This document shows, piece by piece, positions 37,040 through 49,959 of a stretch of 64,000 nt of DNA. The stretch lies in assembly GCA_035221665.1 (NCBI GenBank), contig CM069132.1:20708001-20772000 (forward strand). The letters are read 5' to 3'. Within the stretch, counting starts at the first letter, position 1. Every line of letters begins with the position of its first letter. The notes under the pieces were generated by a model. The model did not search any database. It saw only the letters and a program-made list of their open reading frames with translations, and was not told where the DNA came from. The stretch is from Okamejei kenojei. Its lineage: Eukaryota. Made by a program: the position numbers and the translations under genes.

Positions 37040-37420
37040 ACATTACAGAGAAATATAAGGTCCTGAGAGGGCATAACTGGGCAAATGCTAAGATGATTTC
37101 ACTCGTGGGACAGTCTCAAATAAGCGACTCAAGAGCAGGATAAGGGGCCGGTCATTTAAAATGTAGGTGTGTAGAAATTTCCACGCTGAGGGTTGTAAAT
37201 CTCTGGAATCCTCTGCCCCAGAGGATTGTGGAGGATGGATAATCAGAAGTATGTAAGGTGGAAGGAGATAATTTTTGAAAGAATGGGGAAATGTGTTAAC
37301 TGCCCATGTGAAACTGCCACAGAAGAGCAGCTGAGGCCAGTGTAGATCAGCCATGATTATATTGAAGGATAGGGAAGGCTTGAAGGGGCTAGTTGGCCAA
37401 TACTTGCTCCTATTTTCTTG
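37040..37420 (+). mobile_element. Old CR1 3' fragment
   Basis: gagggttgtaaatctctggaatcctctgccccagagg..gatcagccatgat..cttgctcctattttctt. Confidence 0.7.
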
Positions 37421-37549
37421 GATAACGTTCTATATGGCACCTTATCCAAAGCCATCCACGTAAGGGAGGTCCGAAACAAGACTAAAGTCAAACTTATGAT
37501 TGAGGAATGAGAACAGCACTGATTGAACTGCATTTGACAGCGATTTCAT

Positions 37550-38213
37550 ATTTAGAGATACAACGTGATAACAGGCCCTTCGGCCCAACGGGTCCATGCT
37601 GTCCAACAATCACCTGTACACTAGTTCTATGCTACACACTAGGGTCAATTTACAGAAGCCAATTAACCTTCAAACCTGCATGCCTTTGGAGTGTGGGAGG
37701 AAACCAGTGAAAACCCACGTGGTCACAGGGGGAATGTGCAAACTCCGTAGTCTGGCTCGAATACAGGTGTCTGGCGTCGTAAGGCAGCAACTCTACCGAT
37801 GCGCCACTGTGCCGTATACTGCGCCACATTTCCTGACGTGCCCTGACCTCTAGGCCAGTGGTACACACAGTTCACTATTTATTTTAGTTTAGTTTAGTTT
37901 AGTTTTAGAGATACAGCGCGGAAACAGGCCCGTCGGCCCATCAGGTTTGCAGCCGAACAGCGATCCCCGAACATTAACACTATCCTACACACACTAGGGA
38001 CAATTTTTACATTTACCAAGCCAATTAACTTACAAACCTGTACGTCTTTGGAGTGTGGGAGGAAAGCGAAGATCTCGGAGAAGATCCACGCAGGTCAAGG
38101 GCAGAACGTACAAACTCTGTACAGACAAGCACCCGTAGTCGGGATCGAACCCGGGTCTCCGGCGCTGCATTTGCTGTAAGGCAGCAACTCTACCGCTGCG
38201 CCACTGTGACCGC
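37550..38213 (-). mobile_element. Two tandem V-SINEs (37550-37815, 37883-38213)
   Basis: Two complete tail-V-head series. Confidence 0.85.
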
Positions 38214-38687
38214 TCAAATTGTATTGTACCTGCATGAATAATAGCTCTTCACATCTCCCTCCCCCATCCTTGCCCCCAAGCCAAGTGAAAATTAATCAGA
38301 GTCCATGGATTGGCCTGCTATGCATGGATTTCTTCGGCAGTGACAGGGGATTGTAGAGGAGAAAAATCGGAGTAAACAATCCAAAAATGAAACCAAATTA
38401 ATCTCTAATTCATTTTGTCATTATGTTCAATATGCATTGAATATAATAACTCTATCATTAAAATATTAATACATTTCCCTCATGTTATTGCATTTGATCC
38501 GGGTATCAGTGTGACTGATTTAAACTCTGGAGAGAATAGAAAGTGTTTGACACAGTCTACGGACAACAGCTCCATACAAATAACTTGAGATCAGTCAGAA
38601 TAAAAGGTCACCAAACACTGGAATGAGCCTTCATATATTTCTACGTATGCATATATGTATGTATCTGTATATTTCAACATATTTCTT

Positions 38688-38990
38688 CAGTTTAGTTTAG
38701 TTTAGAGGTACAGCACGGAAACAGGCCCTTCAGCCCACCAAGTCTACACCGACCAGCGATCCCCGCACACTAATACGATCCTACACACACTAGGGATAAT
38801 TTTACAAAGACAATTAACCTACAAACCTGTACATCTTTGGAATGTGGGAGGAAACTGGAGATCTGGGAGAAAACCCATTCAGGTCCAGGCGAGAACGTGC
38901 AAACTCCATACAGACAGCATCCGTAATCAGGATCGAACCTGGGTCTCTGGCGCTGTAAAGCAGTAGGTCTACCGCTGTGCCACCGTGCCA
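38688..38990 (-). mobile_element. V-SINE, full length
   Basis: Head ends accgctgtgccaccgtgcc; B box ggatcgaacc. Confidence 0.9.
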
Positions 38991-39204
38991 CACACATATA
39001 TATTTGTAACATATATCTCCAGGGTCACCTTCTGGGGTCTGAAAGGGAGCCATTGAGGAGGTGGTAATGAGCCAACCTTCTGATGAGCCAACCTTCCTGG
39101 GAGCTCCATGATATATGAAGCAAAGTCCCAATAGCATGTTGCTCATACTTCTGGAGTGGTACTTCAACCTGCAAAGTTATAATTATAAATTATAATTGAG
39201 GAAC

Positions 39205-40228
39205 GAGAATATAGGACTGAGATGAAAAACTTTTTCCAGCCAGAGAGTTGTGAATCTGTAGAATTCTCTGCCACAGAAGGCAGTGGAGACCAATTCACTA
39301 GATGTTTTCAAGAGAGAGTTAAGGGCCTGTCCCACTGACGCGACCTTTCAGCGACTGTCTTCGACCTTCAAGCTCGAGGGCACTCGCCTGAAAAACCTCG
39401 AGCTGTATCGACCGTCAGCGATGAAACCGTGAGCCGGATCGACCGTCTGCAAACACACACACACACCAACACATCGCAAAGGCAGGGGCCAGGGAAAGTG
39501 GGGGAGCGCTGTCTGAAATTCACACCCACAATGAACAGGAAGGTAAAAGACGGCTGGCACAGTTTAGGAAGTCCTTTAGAGAGCGCGGAGAGGGTGGGGG
39601 GGAGAGAAGGGGTGAGAGGGGGAGAGAAGGGGAAAGAAAGGGGGAGAAGGGGAGAAAAGGTGAGAGAAAGGGAGAGAAGGGGAGAGAAGTGGGGAGAGGG
39701 GGGGAGAAGGATTTGAGACACGTTTAAGAAGCCAGACAACGTTTAATAAAGTTTAGAGGGCATTTAACATTACCGGCCGGTTTACTTACCTTTTTACTCT
39801 CAACGAGCTTTACTTTCGACTACCATAGATTACCTTTGATTGCCTACGAATAACATGCCAACCTACTACGACCTACCTCGACTAAACCCACGATTTTTTC
39901 CATGGCGACCTTTTTTCACTCGTGTGCATTTTTCAGCATGTTTAAAAAAACGCCGCGACCTAGCTGAGGCCTCGAGTATGCGGGGACTACTCTCGAGCAT
40001 GAAGGAGAGTTCCTAGGACCTCGTGTCGACCATGCTGTGAGTATGAGTCGAGGGCAAACTCGTCTGAACTCGCGAATTAGGTTGCCGCAATGGGACAGCC
40101 CCTTTAGATTTAGCTCTTGGGGTTAACGGAATCAAGGGAAATGGGGAGAAAAAAGGAACAGGGTGCGGATTCTGGATGATCAGCCATGATCATACTCTAT
40201 TACCTATTTTCTATGTTTCTATGTTTCT
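39205..40228 (+). mobile_element. CR1 3' fragment split by a MITE
   Basis: cagagagttgtgaatctg..ttcaagagagagtta | gatttagctctt..(tttctatg)n rejoins once 39322-40106 is removed. Confidence 0.85.
39322..40103. mobile_element. PIF/Harbinger-type non-autonomous element (MITE)
   Basis: TIRs AGGGCCTGTCCCACTG / rc AGGGGCTGTCCCATTG; 3-bp TTA TSD at 39319-39321 and 40104-40106; CpG-rich. Confidence 0.85.
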
Positions 40229-40388
40229 AACCTAAACTAAGTGAGTAAATGGACCATCCTCTATACTCACTGATGTACTCATGAATGGTATGATTTCCTG
40301 GATTTTGCGCTGTCAGTTGGTCTACATGACAATAATAAACCACTGGGCACAAAGTGCTCGAGTAACTCAGCAGATCAGCCGGCATCTT

Positions 40389-40672
40389 CAGACTTAGACT
40401 ATAGAGATACAACACAAAAACAGGCCCTTCGACACACCGTGTCCGCGCCGACCAGCAGTCACCCCGTGCACTCGCATTATCCTACACGGTAGGAACAGTT
40501 TACAATATTACCAAAGCCAATTAACCTACAAACCTTTGGAGTGTGGGAGGAAAATGGAGCACCCAGAGAAAATCGACTTGGTCACAGGGAGAACGTACAA
40601 AGCACCCGTAGTCAGGATCGAACCCGGATCTCTAGCGCTGTAAGGCAGTAACTCTATCGCTGCGCCACTGCA
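40389..40672 (-). mobile_element. V-SINE inside a Penelope fold-back
   Basis: SINE lies between pLTR arm 40345-40388 and the 66-bp array. Confidence 0.8.
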
Positions 40673-40699
40673 TCACCACTCGGTCACGATCCTTGTTCA

Positions 40700-40897
40700 G
40701 AAACGTCACCCATCCATGTTCTCCAGAGATGCTGCCTGACCCGCTGAGTTACTCCAGCACTCTGTGAAACGTCACCTACCCATGTTCTCCAGAGATGCTG
40801 CCTGACCCTCTGAGTTACTCCAGCACTCTGTGAAACGTCACCTATCCATGTTCTCCAGAGATGCTGCCTGACCCGCTGAGTTACTCCAGCACTGTGT
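40700..40897 (+). repeat. 3 x 66-bp tandem of Penelope pLTR sequence
   Basis: Units start GAAACGTCACC at 40700, 40766 and 40832. Confidence 0.9.
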
Positions 40898-41304
40898 GTC
40901 CTCTGGTGTATTAACCAACATCTCCAGTTTCTTATTTCTAAATAATAACCCAAGACCACATTTTCATCAATCCCCCTCAGATTCTACCACTCATCTGCAC
41001 ATTTGGGGCTATTTATGGTGGCCTGTTTACCTTCCAATCCACACATCTTTGAGATGTAAGAGGAAACCAGTGCACCTGGAATGCTGGAGGAAACCCACAC
41101 AGTCACATGGAGACCATGCAAACCCCACACTGACAGTACCGGAGGTCAGGAACAAACCCTGGTCGCTGGAACTGCAAGACGCTAGGCTCTGTTAACTGCA
41201 TCACAGTGCTACCCCCCCCCCCCCCCCCCCCCCCCACAGACACAGGTGGATTAATACAAAGAATATACATTGTATGTCATGAGGAAAAATACTCTGGCTG
41301 CGGA

Positions 41305-41583
41305 GGCCATGGTGGTGCAGCGGTAGAGTTGCTGCCTTACAGCGCCAGAGACCCGGGTTCAATCCTGACTGTAGGCGCTGTCTGCACTTAGTTTGCACGT
41401 TCTCTCTGTGACCGCGTGGGTTTCTCTGGGTGCTCCGGTTTCCTCCCACACTCCAAAGTCATACAGGATTGTAGGTTGATTGGCTTCTGTAAATTGTCCC
41501 TAGAGTGTAGGATAGTGCTGACGTACGGGGTGAGCGCTGCCGAAGGACCGGTTTCCACACTGTATCTCTAATCTAAACTAAAC
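41305..41583 (+). mobile_element. V-SINE
   Basis: ggtggtgcagcggtagag..gggttcaatcc head, V domain, tail. Confidence 0.9.
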
Positions 41584-41992
41584 AACAAAGTCTTGTTTGT
41601 ACCACAAAGCCCTTGTTGAAGTGACGTCAGTTCAATTTTAATCAGAAAGTAATTCACAAGGTTTCAAGTGAGCTCAAATAAAAAGGAGTCAATCAAATGC
41701 TGCAAGATTGCTGTCTACATAAGAAGCAGTGTTTGCTTTGTTGCTGGCACATCGATCTGTTATTTTCAGCATCTTACGTCTTGCACTTCAGTCTTCAATC
41801 ATTATCTTTTTCTTGTGTCCTTTCATCTTGACTGCACTAGTTAAGATAGTTATTGCGGCCAATCCATCTGTTTTGAAGTGGTTAGCAACATTGTTTCCGT
41901 CACTCAGCCCCTGGATCGACTCCATCACCCACCGCCCTCCCTGCCCCAACCCACACAATGCCTTGTAGCACTCTCCATATTAACAATATGGA

Positions 41993-42290
41993 CGGCACGG
42001 TGGAGTTGCTGCCTTACAGCACCAGAGACACGGGTTCAATCCTGGCCACAGGTGCTGTCTGTACTGAGTTTGTATGTTCTCCCCGTGACCTGCATGGGTT
42101 TTCTCTGGGATTTCCTCCCACACTCCAAACACGTACAGGTGTGTAGGTTAATTGGCTTGGTATAAATGTAAATTGTCCCGTGTGTGTGTGAAATAATGTC
42201 CATGTACGGGGATCGCTGGCATGTGCGGACTTGATAGGCCGAAGGGCCTGTTTCTGTGCTGTATCTCTAAACTAAACTAAACTAAACTAA
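41993..42290 (+). mobile_element. V-SINE
   Basis: Head, V domain, (ctaaa)n tail. Confidence 0.85.
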
Positions 42291-42297
42291 TATAATG

Positions 42298-42470
42298 TAC
42301 CCATTCCTTCTCTCCAGAGATGATGCCTGTCCAGTTGAGTTACTCCAGCATTTTGTGTCTATCTTTAATATATGCTAGGTAGACACAAAATGCTGGAGTA
42401 ACTCAGCGGGACAAGCAGCATCTCTGGAGAGAAGGAACGGGTGACGTTTCGGGTCGAGACTGATACATGA
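42298..42470. mobile_element. Two opposed miniature Penelope-derived elements
   Basis: Plus copy 42298-42364, minus copy 42379-42462; tttaatata(t/a)gctag at 42364-42378 and 42471-42485. Confidence 0.75.
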
Positions 42471-42960
42471 TTTAATATAAGCTAGCTATGGACAAGCTTT
42501 GTCTGTTGTAGCTGAAATCGAGATGACCTTGTGGCAGCTTCCCTTACCTGGAGCTTGTGTTGGTGAAGCAAATGGCAAATATATAGAAAGGACCCAATCT
42601 CGATTTCAGCTACAACAGACAAAGATGAATTTCACAGAAGCAACCTCTGGAAGATCAATGGCAGCACATTTCAATCACGACAAATATCTCTCTTCATTAC
42701 ACATAGTCCAACGTAGTTATTCACGGACAGCGGCGAGACGCTGACATTTTACACAGTCTCAGCTGATAATGCAATCGGGATGTGTGTGGCATTTAGCTTA
42801 TCATTTTCATCAGTGCCATCTAGGGAATGACCACAGCTGGCCTCAATATCACATTCTGTCCGTCATCATCAGTGAGTTTATCTGCATGTTCCTAATCATA
42901 ATAAGTTGGGAGTTGTTAACCCTTTCGATATGTTGCTTTACGAATTGCACATAGAGATTG

Positions 42961-42963
<3 letters not shown>

Positions 42964-43045
<82 letters not shown>
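42964..43045. repeat. (TG)41 microsatellite; degenerate TG continues to ~43440
   Basis: Direct reading. Confidence 0.97.
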
Positions 43046-43048
<3 letters not shown>

Positions 43049-43131
43049 ATTCATTTGTGGGTATGTACATGCGTGCATGCAGGTGTGTGTGCATCTCTAG
43101 GTGTGTGTGTGAAAGTGTGTGTGTGCGCATT

Positions 43132-43356
43132 NNNNNNNNNNNNNNNNNNNNNNNNNNNNNNNNNNNNNNNNNNNNNNNNNNNNNNNNNNNNNNNNNNNNN
43201 NNNNNNNNNNNNNNNNNNNNNNNNNNNNNNNNNNNNNNNNNNNNNNNNNNNNNNNNNNNNNNNNNNNNNNNNNNNNNNNNNNNNNNNNNNNNNNNNNNNN
43301 NNNNNNNNNNNNNNNNNNNNNNNNNNNNNNNNNNNNNNNNNNNNNNNNNNNNNNNN
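43132..43356. other. Assembly gap (225 N)
   Basis: N run. Confidence 1.
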
Positions 43357-44685
43357 TTTGCATGCGTTCATTCGTGCGTGTATGTGTGTGTGTCAATGTT
43401 TATGTGTGTGTGTGTATGTGTGTGTCTGTGTGTGTGTGTGCCTATGGATTTCTTCCATAGAGGCAGGGGAGGGAAAGGGTGGGGGGTTGGTGCGGCCATG
43501 GGGGATTGATAAATCGTCATTAAATTAATCATTCTGCAATTTACACTAATAATTCAAGAAGTATAAAGGCAAAAGTTGACTAATTCTATGTCCAAAATAA
43601 GCTACTGATGGATCAGCTGTCTATTGTAACACATGGAAAAGTAATCTGAGAGCATTGTAAAACGTGTTGCCGATCATTCAACCAGTTTCATGCTTACTTT
43701 AAAGGAATCTTTTACAACATTAAAGTTGGTATTGCATTTATCTATAACACAATGTATTTTCCAACTTTCACGACACACTCCTTTTTTGCTCTACAAATAT
43801 GTAGTATGCCAAATGTGTAGTTGCAACATTCTGTACTGTAATGTTGTTGATAGGAATTCTTCAATAACCTGATGTTTTATGGATAGGAAAGGTTGAGGTT
43901 TAGTGGGAAGTGGGCCAAACGCAGACAAGTGGGACTAGCGTAGATGGGGCATTTTGCTCAGCATGGGCAGGTTGGGCTGAAGGGTCTGTTTCTGTTCTGT
44001 CTGACCCTATGACTCTACTAATTTCACACTTCCATCACTTCAAACTCCAACATGGGAATCTTCTTCTTCTTTCCGTGTCCATCTTGTTACAAATGTTGAC
44101 CTCGCTGTCATCGTCCGTCCTGAAAAGGATGCAAGCTTCCGGCGACAATCAGTGGAAGGCATCACTTGTCGCACTAGATGATGGTGGTAGAAGAATCAGC
44201 TCGGGATACTTCCAGTTTCCAGCCCCGCGACGTGGACGCTTCTGCTGTGGGCCAACATGGGAATTGGGAACTTGAACTCAGATTGGTTTATATCTGGGAA
44301 TAAAATTCTGCTACCAGGATAACCAAATTGCTGCCATAAAAAGCCACTTACTTACTTCATGCACAGTTACATGTGCCCTCTCCGTGTCAACGTTACACGC
44401 TAGAGGCAGGAAACATGTTCCTGACATGTTGAGGGAGTCCAGAACCATGGGCCACAGTTTAAGAATAAGGGGTAAGCCATTTAGTCCTAGCAGAAGAAAC
44501 CCACAGAAGATGAGACTGGGGAATTCATAATGGGGAGTTAAAATTCGAACATAATGTTTTTAGTTCAGGCCTCATGGTGGAAGGCACTAAAATATTCCGA
44601 TAGTAATTGATAATCAGGGGATGGGAGGAAGGAGTTTAAGACAATCTCTTTCATCCTGGAGGGAATGCGCTCGGCAAACGAATGT

Positions 44686-44978
44686 TAGTTTAGTTTAATG
44701 ATGGAGCGTGCGAACAGGCCCTTTGGCCCACCGACCATCGATCACCCGTCTACTAGTTCTATGTTATCCCACATTTGCATCCTATGCGCTAGGAGAAATT
44801 TACAGAAGCCAAAAACCCTACAAACCTGCACATTTTTTGAATGATGGAGAAAACCAGAGCATGCGGAAAAAAACGATGCAGTCACAGGGAGAACGTACGA
44901 ACTCTGCACAGACAGCACCCATAGTCAGGATCAAACCCAAGTCTCTGGCACCGTGAGACAGCAGCTCTACTGCTGTGA
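44686..44978 (-). mobile_element. V-SINE
   Basis: Tail, V domain and head on the minus strand. Confidence 0.8.
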
Positions 44979-45054
44979 ACTGAAGATGTTAATGTTTTAT
45001 GTGTCAGTCCTAACTGTCACTATATGTCATATTGTCACCTGCGGGTGTAGCGGC

Positions 45055-45296
45055 TCAAACGAGTAAAAAGTAACAATTTTTTTCATCACGAGTATTTTTT
45101 TACTGGTGGACATTTTCCACAGTGTTGAAAAAACGTCACAAGTTTACCGGATTTCCCGAGTACCTACCGTTAGAATTACGAGCCGCTACGAGACATCCAC
45201 GAACTCCTATGGAGCTGCTACGGACATTCTCCGAGTTCGAATCAGGGGAAAACCTGGAAGAACTCTTGAATTACCTCGTACAGTGGGACAGGCCCT
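45055..45296. mobile_element. Right-end fragment of a Harbinger-type MITE
   Basis: cagtgggacaggccct followed by TAA; the same TIR as 39322. Confidence 0.7.
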
Positions 45297-45601
45297 TAAC
45301 AAAAAAACAAAGAGGCAGGATAAATGGTTATTTTTGAATTGACAATCAGAAAATAAGGAAAAATATTGAAGATTCATCCTTTTACATTCGACATTAATGA
45401 TTTAGATGAAGGAAGAGACAGCGCCAGATGCGTACTACAGCCAAATATGATCATGACACATAGAGTAATGGATTAACAAGTTGTGAAGAGAGGAAAAGCC
45501 TACACACAAATACAGATGCATTAGATGAATGATCAAAAATTCAGTAGATCGAGTATTATGTGGGAAAAGATAAAATTATCCACTCTGGAAGGAAGAATGA
45601 G

Positions 45602-45736
45602 NNNNNNNNNNNNNNNNNNNNNNNNNNNNNNNNNNNNNNNNNNNNNNNNNNNNNNNNNNNNNNNNNNNNNNNNNNNNNNNNNNNNNNNNNNNNNNNNNNN
45701 NNNNNNNNNNNNNNNNNNNNNNNNNNNNNNNNNNNN
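45602..45736. other. Assembly gap (135 N)
   Basis: N run. Confidence 1.
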
Positions 45737-46110
45737 TCTGGCAGGAAGGGTTACTATTCTGACCCAATGTCATTATGTCTATCACAAAGGATTTCTTGGG
45801 CTTGAGAGTGTTTTGTCTAACATTTCATCATAGACACCCTGGACTATCATCTTATTTTGAAGTAAGTAATAGGAAATTTACAGCATGTATAAAGAATTAA
45901 CTTGATGGAATTATGAAAATTTACAGCACGGGGGGATCTATTCTGCACATTTTGTTCATGCTGGCCAGAAAAGCCCCTGCCCATGTAGGTCATCGAGTTG
46001 TACAGCACAGAAACAGGCCCTTCAGCCTACCAGGCCGTGCTTACAATCAACTGCTCATTTACACTAACCCTACACCAGTTTCACTTTATTCTCATATTGC
46101 CTCAACTCTC

Positions 46111-46201
46111 GTCGGAAGAAGGGTCTCGACCCGAAACGTCACCCATTCCTTTTCTCCAGAGATGCTGCCTGTCCTGCTGAGTTACTCCAGCATTTTGTGC
46201 C
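46111..46201 (+). mobile_element. 91-bp Penelope-derived element with 14-bp TSD
   Basis: ttgcctca(a/t)ctctc at 46097-46110 and 46202-46215; insert starts gtcggaagaagggtctcgacccgaaacgtcacc. Confidence 0.85.
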
Positions 46202-47508
46202 TTGCCTCATCTCTCCACAGATTCTGCAGGTTAGGAATAATTTATAGTCACCGATTAACCCACAGAACCACACGCCCATGAGACGTGGAGGAAACTGGAT
46301 TACCGTTGGGGGGTGGAAGCAATGTGGTCACACCTTATATGCAAACTTCATTTAGACCCCCAGGATCCAAGGCCAGGTTTGTACCTGGGTTACTGGGTCT
46401 GTGCAGTCGGTAGCAGCTCCACCATCTGCACCACTGTGTCATCCAGCAGTCTGCAGTGCACTTCCTAACTTTTGATGCATAGACCTTCAGGTTACAGTGC
46501 CTTGAGTAGACCTCCAAACACTTTTTAAATATATGACAATGGTTTTTCTCTCTCTGTCATCTTCATAGGTAGTGAGTTCCAGACTCCTAACAACCATTAT
46601 GTAAAAGCATTTTTCAGCTACCCTCTAATCCTTTAAGCGTTTAAAGTTTAGTTGAATAAGAGATCACTAATCTTTTTAGTGCAGTTCTCTCAGCAGATAC
46701 CGCAATTTATCAAGAAGAAAAGATAGAAATGTAAAGGATTTGAAAAAAAAACGATTGCAGTCAGACAGGCCTTCATTAGTTCCACACCATTCATTTACTT
46801 GGCACCCCCAGCGTATCTGCAGTCTTCTCTATATCCTTCTGCGGCAAAATGTGAACAAGTATTGCTTCTCAATATAAATCACCACGTCATCATCAGGCAG
46901 TTTTCACTCTACCATCCTTCGAGGTCAACGAAGTGTCTTATCTTTCTGAAAATGTTAAAGTGGTTACCCAATAATAATAAACACAGAAAATGCTGGAATT
47001 GCTCGGCAAGTCAAGTAGCATTTGTGGAAAGGGAAAGAGTTAATGTTCCAGTTCAAAAACTATTTGTCGGAACTGATTCCTTTGCAGTTTTAATGGGAAG
47101 TGGCAGAGATAGAGAAAAGTGCACAGACTAAAAACTGAAAATGCTGGAAACATAACTGGTCAAGCAGCACCCTTTAATTGAGTTGAGGAGTTTAGTTTAG
47201 AGATGTAGTGCGGAAAACAGGCCCTTCGGCCCACTAAGCGAAACCAATGTCACTAATGTCGCTTTGTCACTAAACCAGTAAAGAATTTCACTGTGCTGTG
47301 CATACGTGACAATAAAAAACCATTGATCCATTGAACCAACATTTTATTTCATTATAAATGTTAGTAAATAGTACCATACCTGAGTCACATATTGATCAAC
47401 CTTCTTCCGATTTTCTGGCACGAATGTACACTAGGGACAATTCATAGTGACCAGTTTGCCTGCCGATCTTGGTGGGTCATGCAAACCGCTATTCTGAATA
47501 ATACCCCA

Positions 47509-47727
47509 TGCAGATGCTGGTTTAAATCGTAGGTAGACACAAAATGCTGGAGTAACTCAGAGGGACAGCCAGCATCTCTGGGGAGAAGGAATGGGTGATG
47601 TTTCGGGTCGAGACACTTCTTCAGACTCAGACTTCAGTCTCTGAAGAAAGGTCTCGGCCCGAAACGTCACCCATTCCTTCTCCCCAGAGATGCTGCCTGT
47701 CCCACTGAGTTACTCCAGCATTTTGTG
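47509..47727. mobile_element. Near-perfect fold-back Penelope-derived element, one hammerhead motif per strand
   Basis: ~85-bp inverted arms 47538-47624 and 47640-47727. Confidence 0.85.
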
Positions 47728-47799
47728 AATACTTTTTTGTAGGGTCGGGTAGAGGGGCAGTGGGGATGAGTTTATGGAGCCAAGAGGACGGTGGCCCGG

Positions 47800-48106
47800 T
47801 AAAGTTTGGCAACTACTGATCTAGAGGAAACTCTCGCGACTGTTGGGTGAACATGCCCTACAGCCTCGGCGGCAGTGAATGAGAGCGTGGAGGAACTGCC
47901 GTGGGCGAGGGGGAGTACTATGGAGAATGGAGGACCTAGTTTGGGGGAACAGTGTGGGGCGGGGAGGGGGGGTAGAACAAAGGAGGAGCCTGTGTACTTT
48001 GTAACTTTGTCAGCGCCGGAGGGGGCAAGCAAGCAAAGAATCTCACTGTGCCTTGTCACATGTGACAATAAGTATTCCATAAAGTATTCCATTCTATTCC
48101 ATTCCC
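47800..48106 (+). mobile_element. Non-coding element with Rex-type 3' end
   Basis: aagaatctcactgtgccttgtcacatgtgacaataa followed by an (attcc)n tail; left boundary uncertain. Confidence 0.5.
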
Positions 48107-48143
48107 ACATGGAATCCACCGCACAGACTGTACCTGCAGACCC

Positions 48144-49473
48144 AGACTAGTAATGTTATGCAGCATATCAAAAATAGCCTACCTGCCAACCTAGACCCAC
48201 TGCAGTTCGCCTACAGAGCCAACCGATCCACAGAGGATGCAGTCTCAACAACACTGAACCTCGTACTGCCACACCTTGATCGGAAAAATACTTATGCCAG
48301 GATCCTCTTCATAGACTTCAGCTCTGCTTTTAACACAATCATTCCGCAGCAGCTGGTGGAGAAGTTGGAGTTATTGGGGGTTGATGCTGGCACATGTAAC
48401 TGGGTCCTGAACGTTCTGTCACAATGGCAGCAGACAGTCAGGGTGGGCAGTAGGACATCAAAAACCATAGCCGTGAGCACTGGCTCGCCCCAAGGCTGTG
48501 TCCTAAGCCCCTGCTGTTTAGTCTGCTTACACACGACTGTACTGCTAGACTCAACAACAACTTCATCAACAAGTTCGCTGATGACACAACAGTGGTGGGT
48601 CTCATCAGTGACAATGATGAGTCGGCGTACAGGATGGAGGTGGAGCTGTTCACAGGATGGTGCAAATCCCACAACCTCATTCTCAACGTGGGAAAAACGA
48701 AGGAGATGGTGGTTGACTTCAGGAGGGCGGGAAAACAACGCCACACACCTCTGCACATCGATGGAGCTGATGTGGAAAGGGTCAGCAGTGTGAAGTTCCT
48801 AGGACTCCACCTGTCAGATGACCTGACGTCCACGACCAACACCACAGCACTGGTCAAGAGAGCCCAGCAGCGACTACACCCTCTCCGAAGACTACGGAAA
48901 GCAGGTCTCCCCACTGCACACCTATGAACATTTTATAGGGGGACAATCGAGAGCACATTAACCTAAGGCATCACCTCCTGGTTTGGGAGCTGCAAGGTGT
49001 ACGAACGGCACCAACTGGACAGGATTGTGAAGACCGCCAGCAGGATTATTGGAGCTCCACTCCCTTTATTGCTGGACATATACAGGAAGAGATGTATTAG
49101 CAGAGCCATCTCCATCATCAAAGACCCCTACCACCCATCGCATCACATATTCTCCATCCTGCCATCTGGGAAGAGGTACAGGAGCATCAGCTGCAAAACC
49201 AGCAGGATGCTCCTCAGCTTCCCGCAGGCAATTAGACTGATAAACGGACTTTGCCCCCTGCCAAAGTATCGCGCACCAAACACCAACCTGGACGCACTGA
49301 AGCAGAGCCATTGTCGTGCCGCTGCCGATCGGAACTCGTGATATATGTACTTTTATTCTTTATTTCTATTTATTTTTTACCGCACACTGGTTGAGAAACG
49401 TTTTTTCGTTTTCCTCTGGGTATGTAAGTACTCAGAAAAATGACAATAAAGATATACAATACAATACAATACA
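48144..49473 (+). mobile_element. 5'-truncated Rex1/Babar LINE, RT pseudogene
   Basis: [58 protein letters not shown]; frameshift near 48510 and stops near 48926 and 48964; tgacaataaa + (tacaa)n tail. Confidence 0.92.
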
Positions 49474-49959
49474 GGTAAGGCAGCAACACTAACCACTGCA
49501 CCACTATGACTGAAGATGAATCACCTCCAAAATCTGAGATGAAGTCATGCTACTCTCATGTAACGTCACTGTCAGAGGTGGAAGGCTTCAGATAGGATGT
49601 AACACCTCAGCAACATAAGTCCTTTCCGATTAATGCCAAAAGACAAAAAAACTGTCGCTACTGGGGTTCTGGCCTGCACGCATCCCTCAAACAAGATTTG
49701 TTGGATCTTGCAGCATGCTGTTTGACCACTGCACTTTCAACATTGCTGCACTACAAAAGTGAGAAAACACTTTGGGGCGCAAGGACATTGAGGTAGGTGA
49801 TCTATCACCCCGAGTTGTTGATACCTGGTATGTAATTTATGATATTAATGGATGCTGTAGGACTCCTCCCTATGAGGTGATTACATAGATCCCATTAGTG
49901 AAGATTAGCATTGATCATTGAATTAAACTGAAATATTCAAAGTAACTTCTTATATTTTT

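Noticed and set aside
40700-40897. CRISPR-like repeat array
   Set aside because: Contiguous 66-bp units with no unique spacers, no cas genes, eukaryotic context
41305-41370. tRNA genes at SINE heads
   Set aside because: A and B boxes run directly into the V domain and LINE-like tail; these are SINE heads
44048-44128. Possible minus-strand exon (cttttcAG then TDDDSEVNICNKMDTERRRRFPCWSLK*)
   Set aside because: Short pyrimidine tract, no protein I recognise and no partner exon; RNA-seq would be needed
48158-48793. Functional reverse transcriptase gene
   Set aside because: 5'-truncated Rex-Babar copy with a frameshift before the FADD motif and downstream stops
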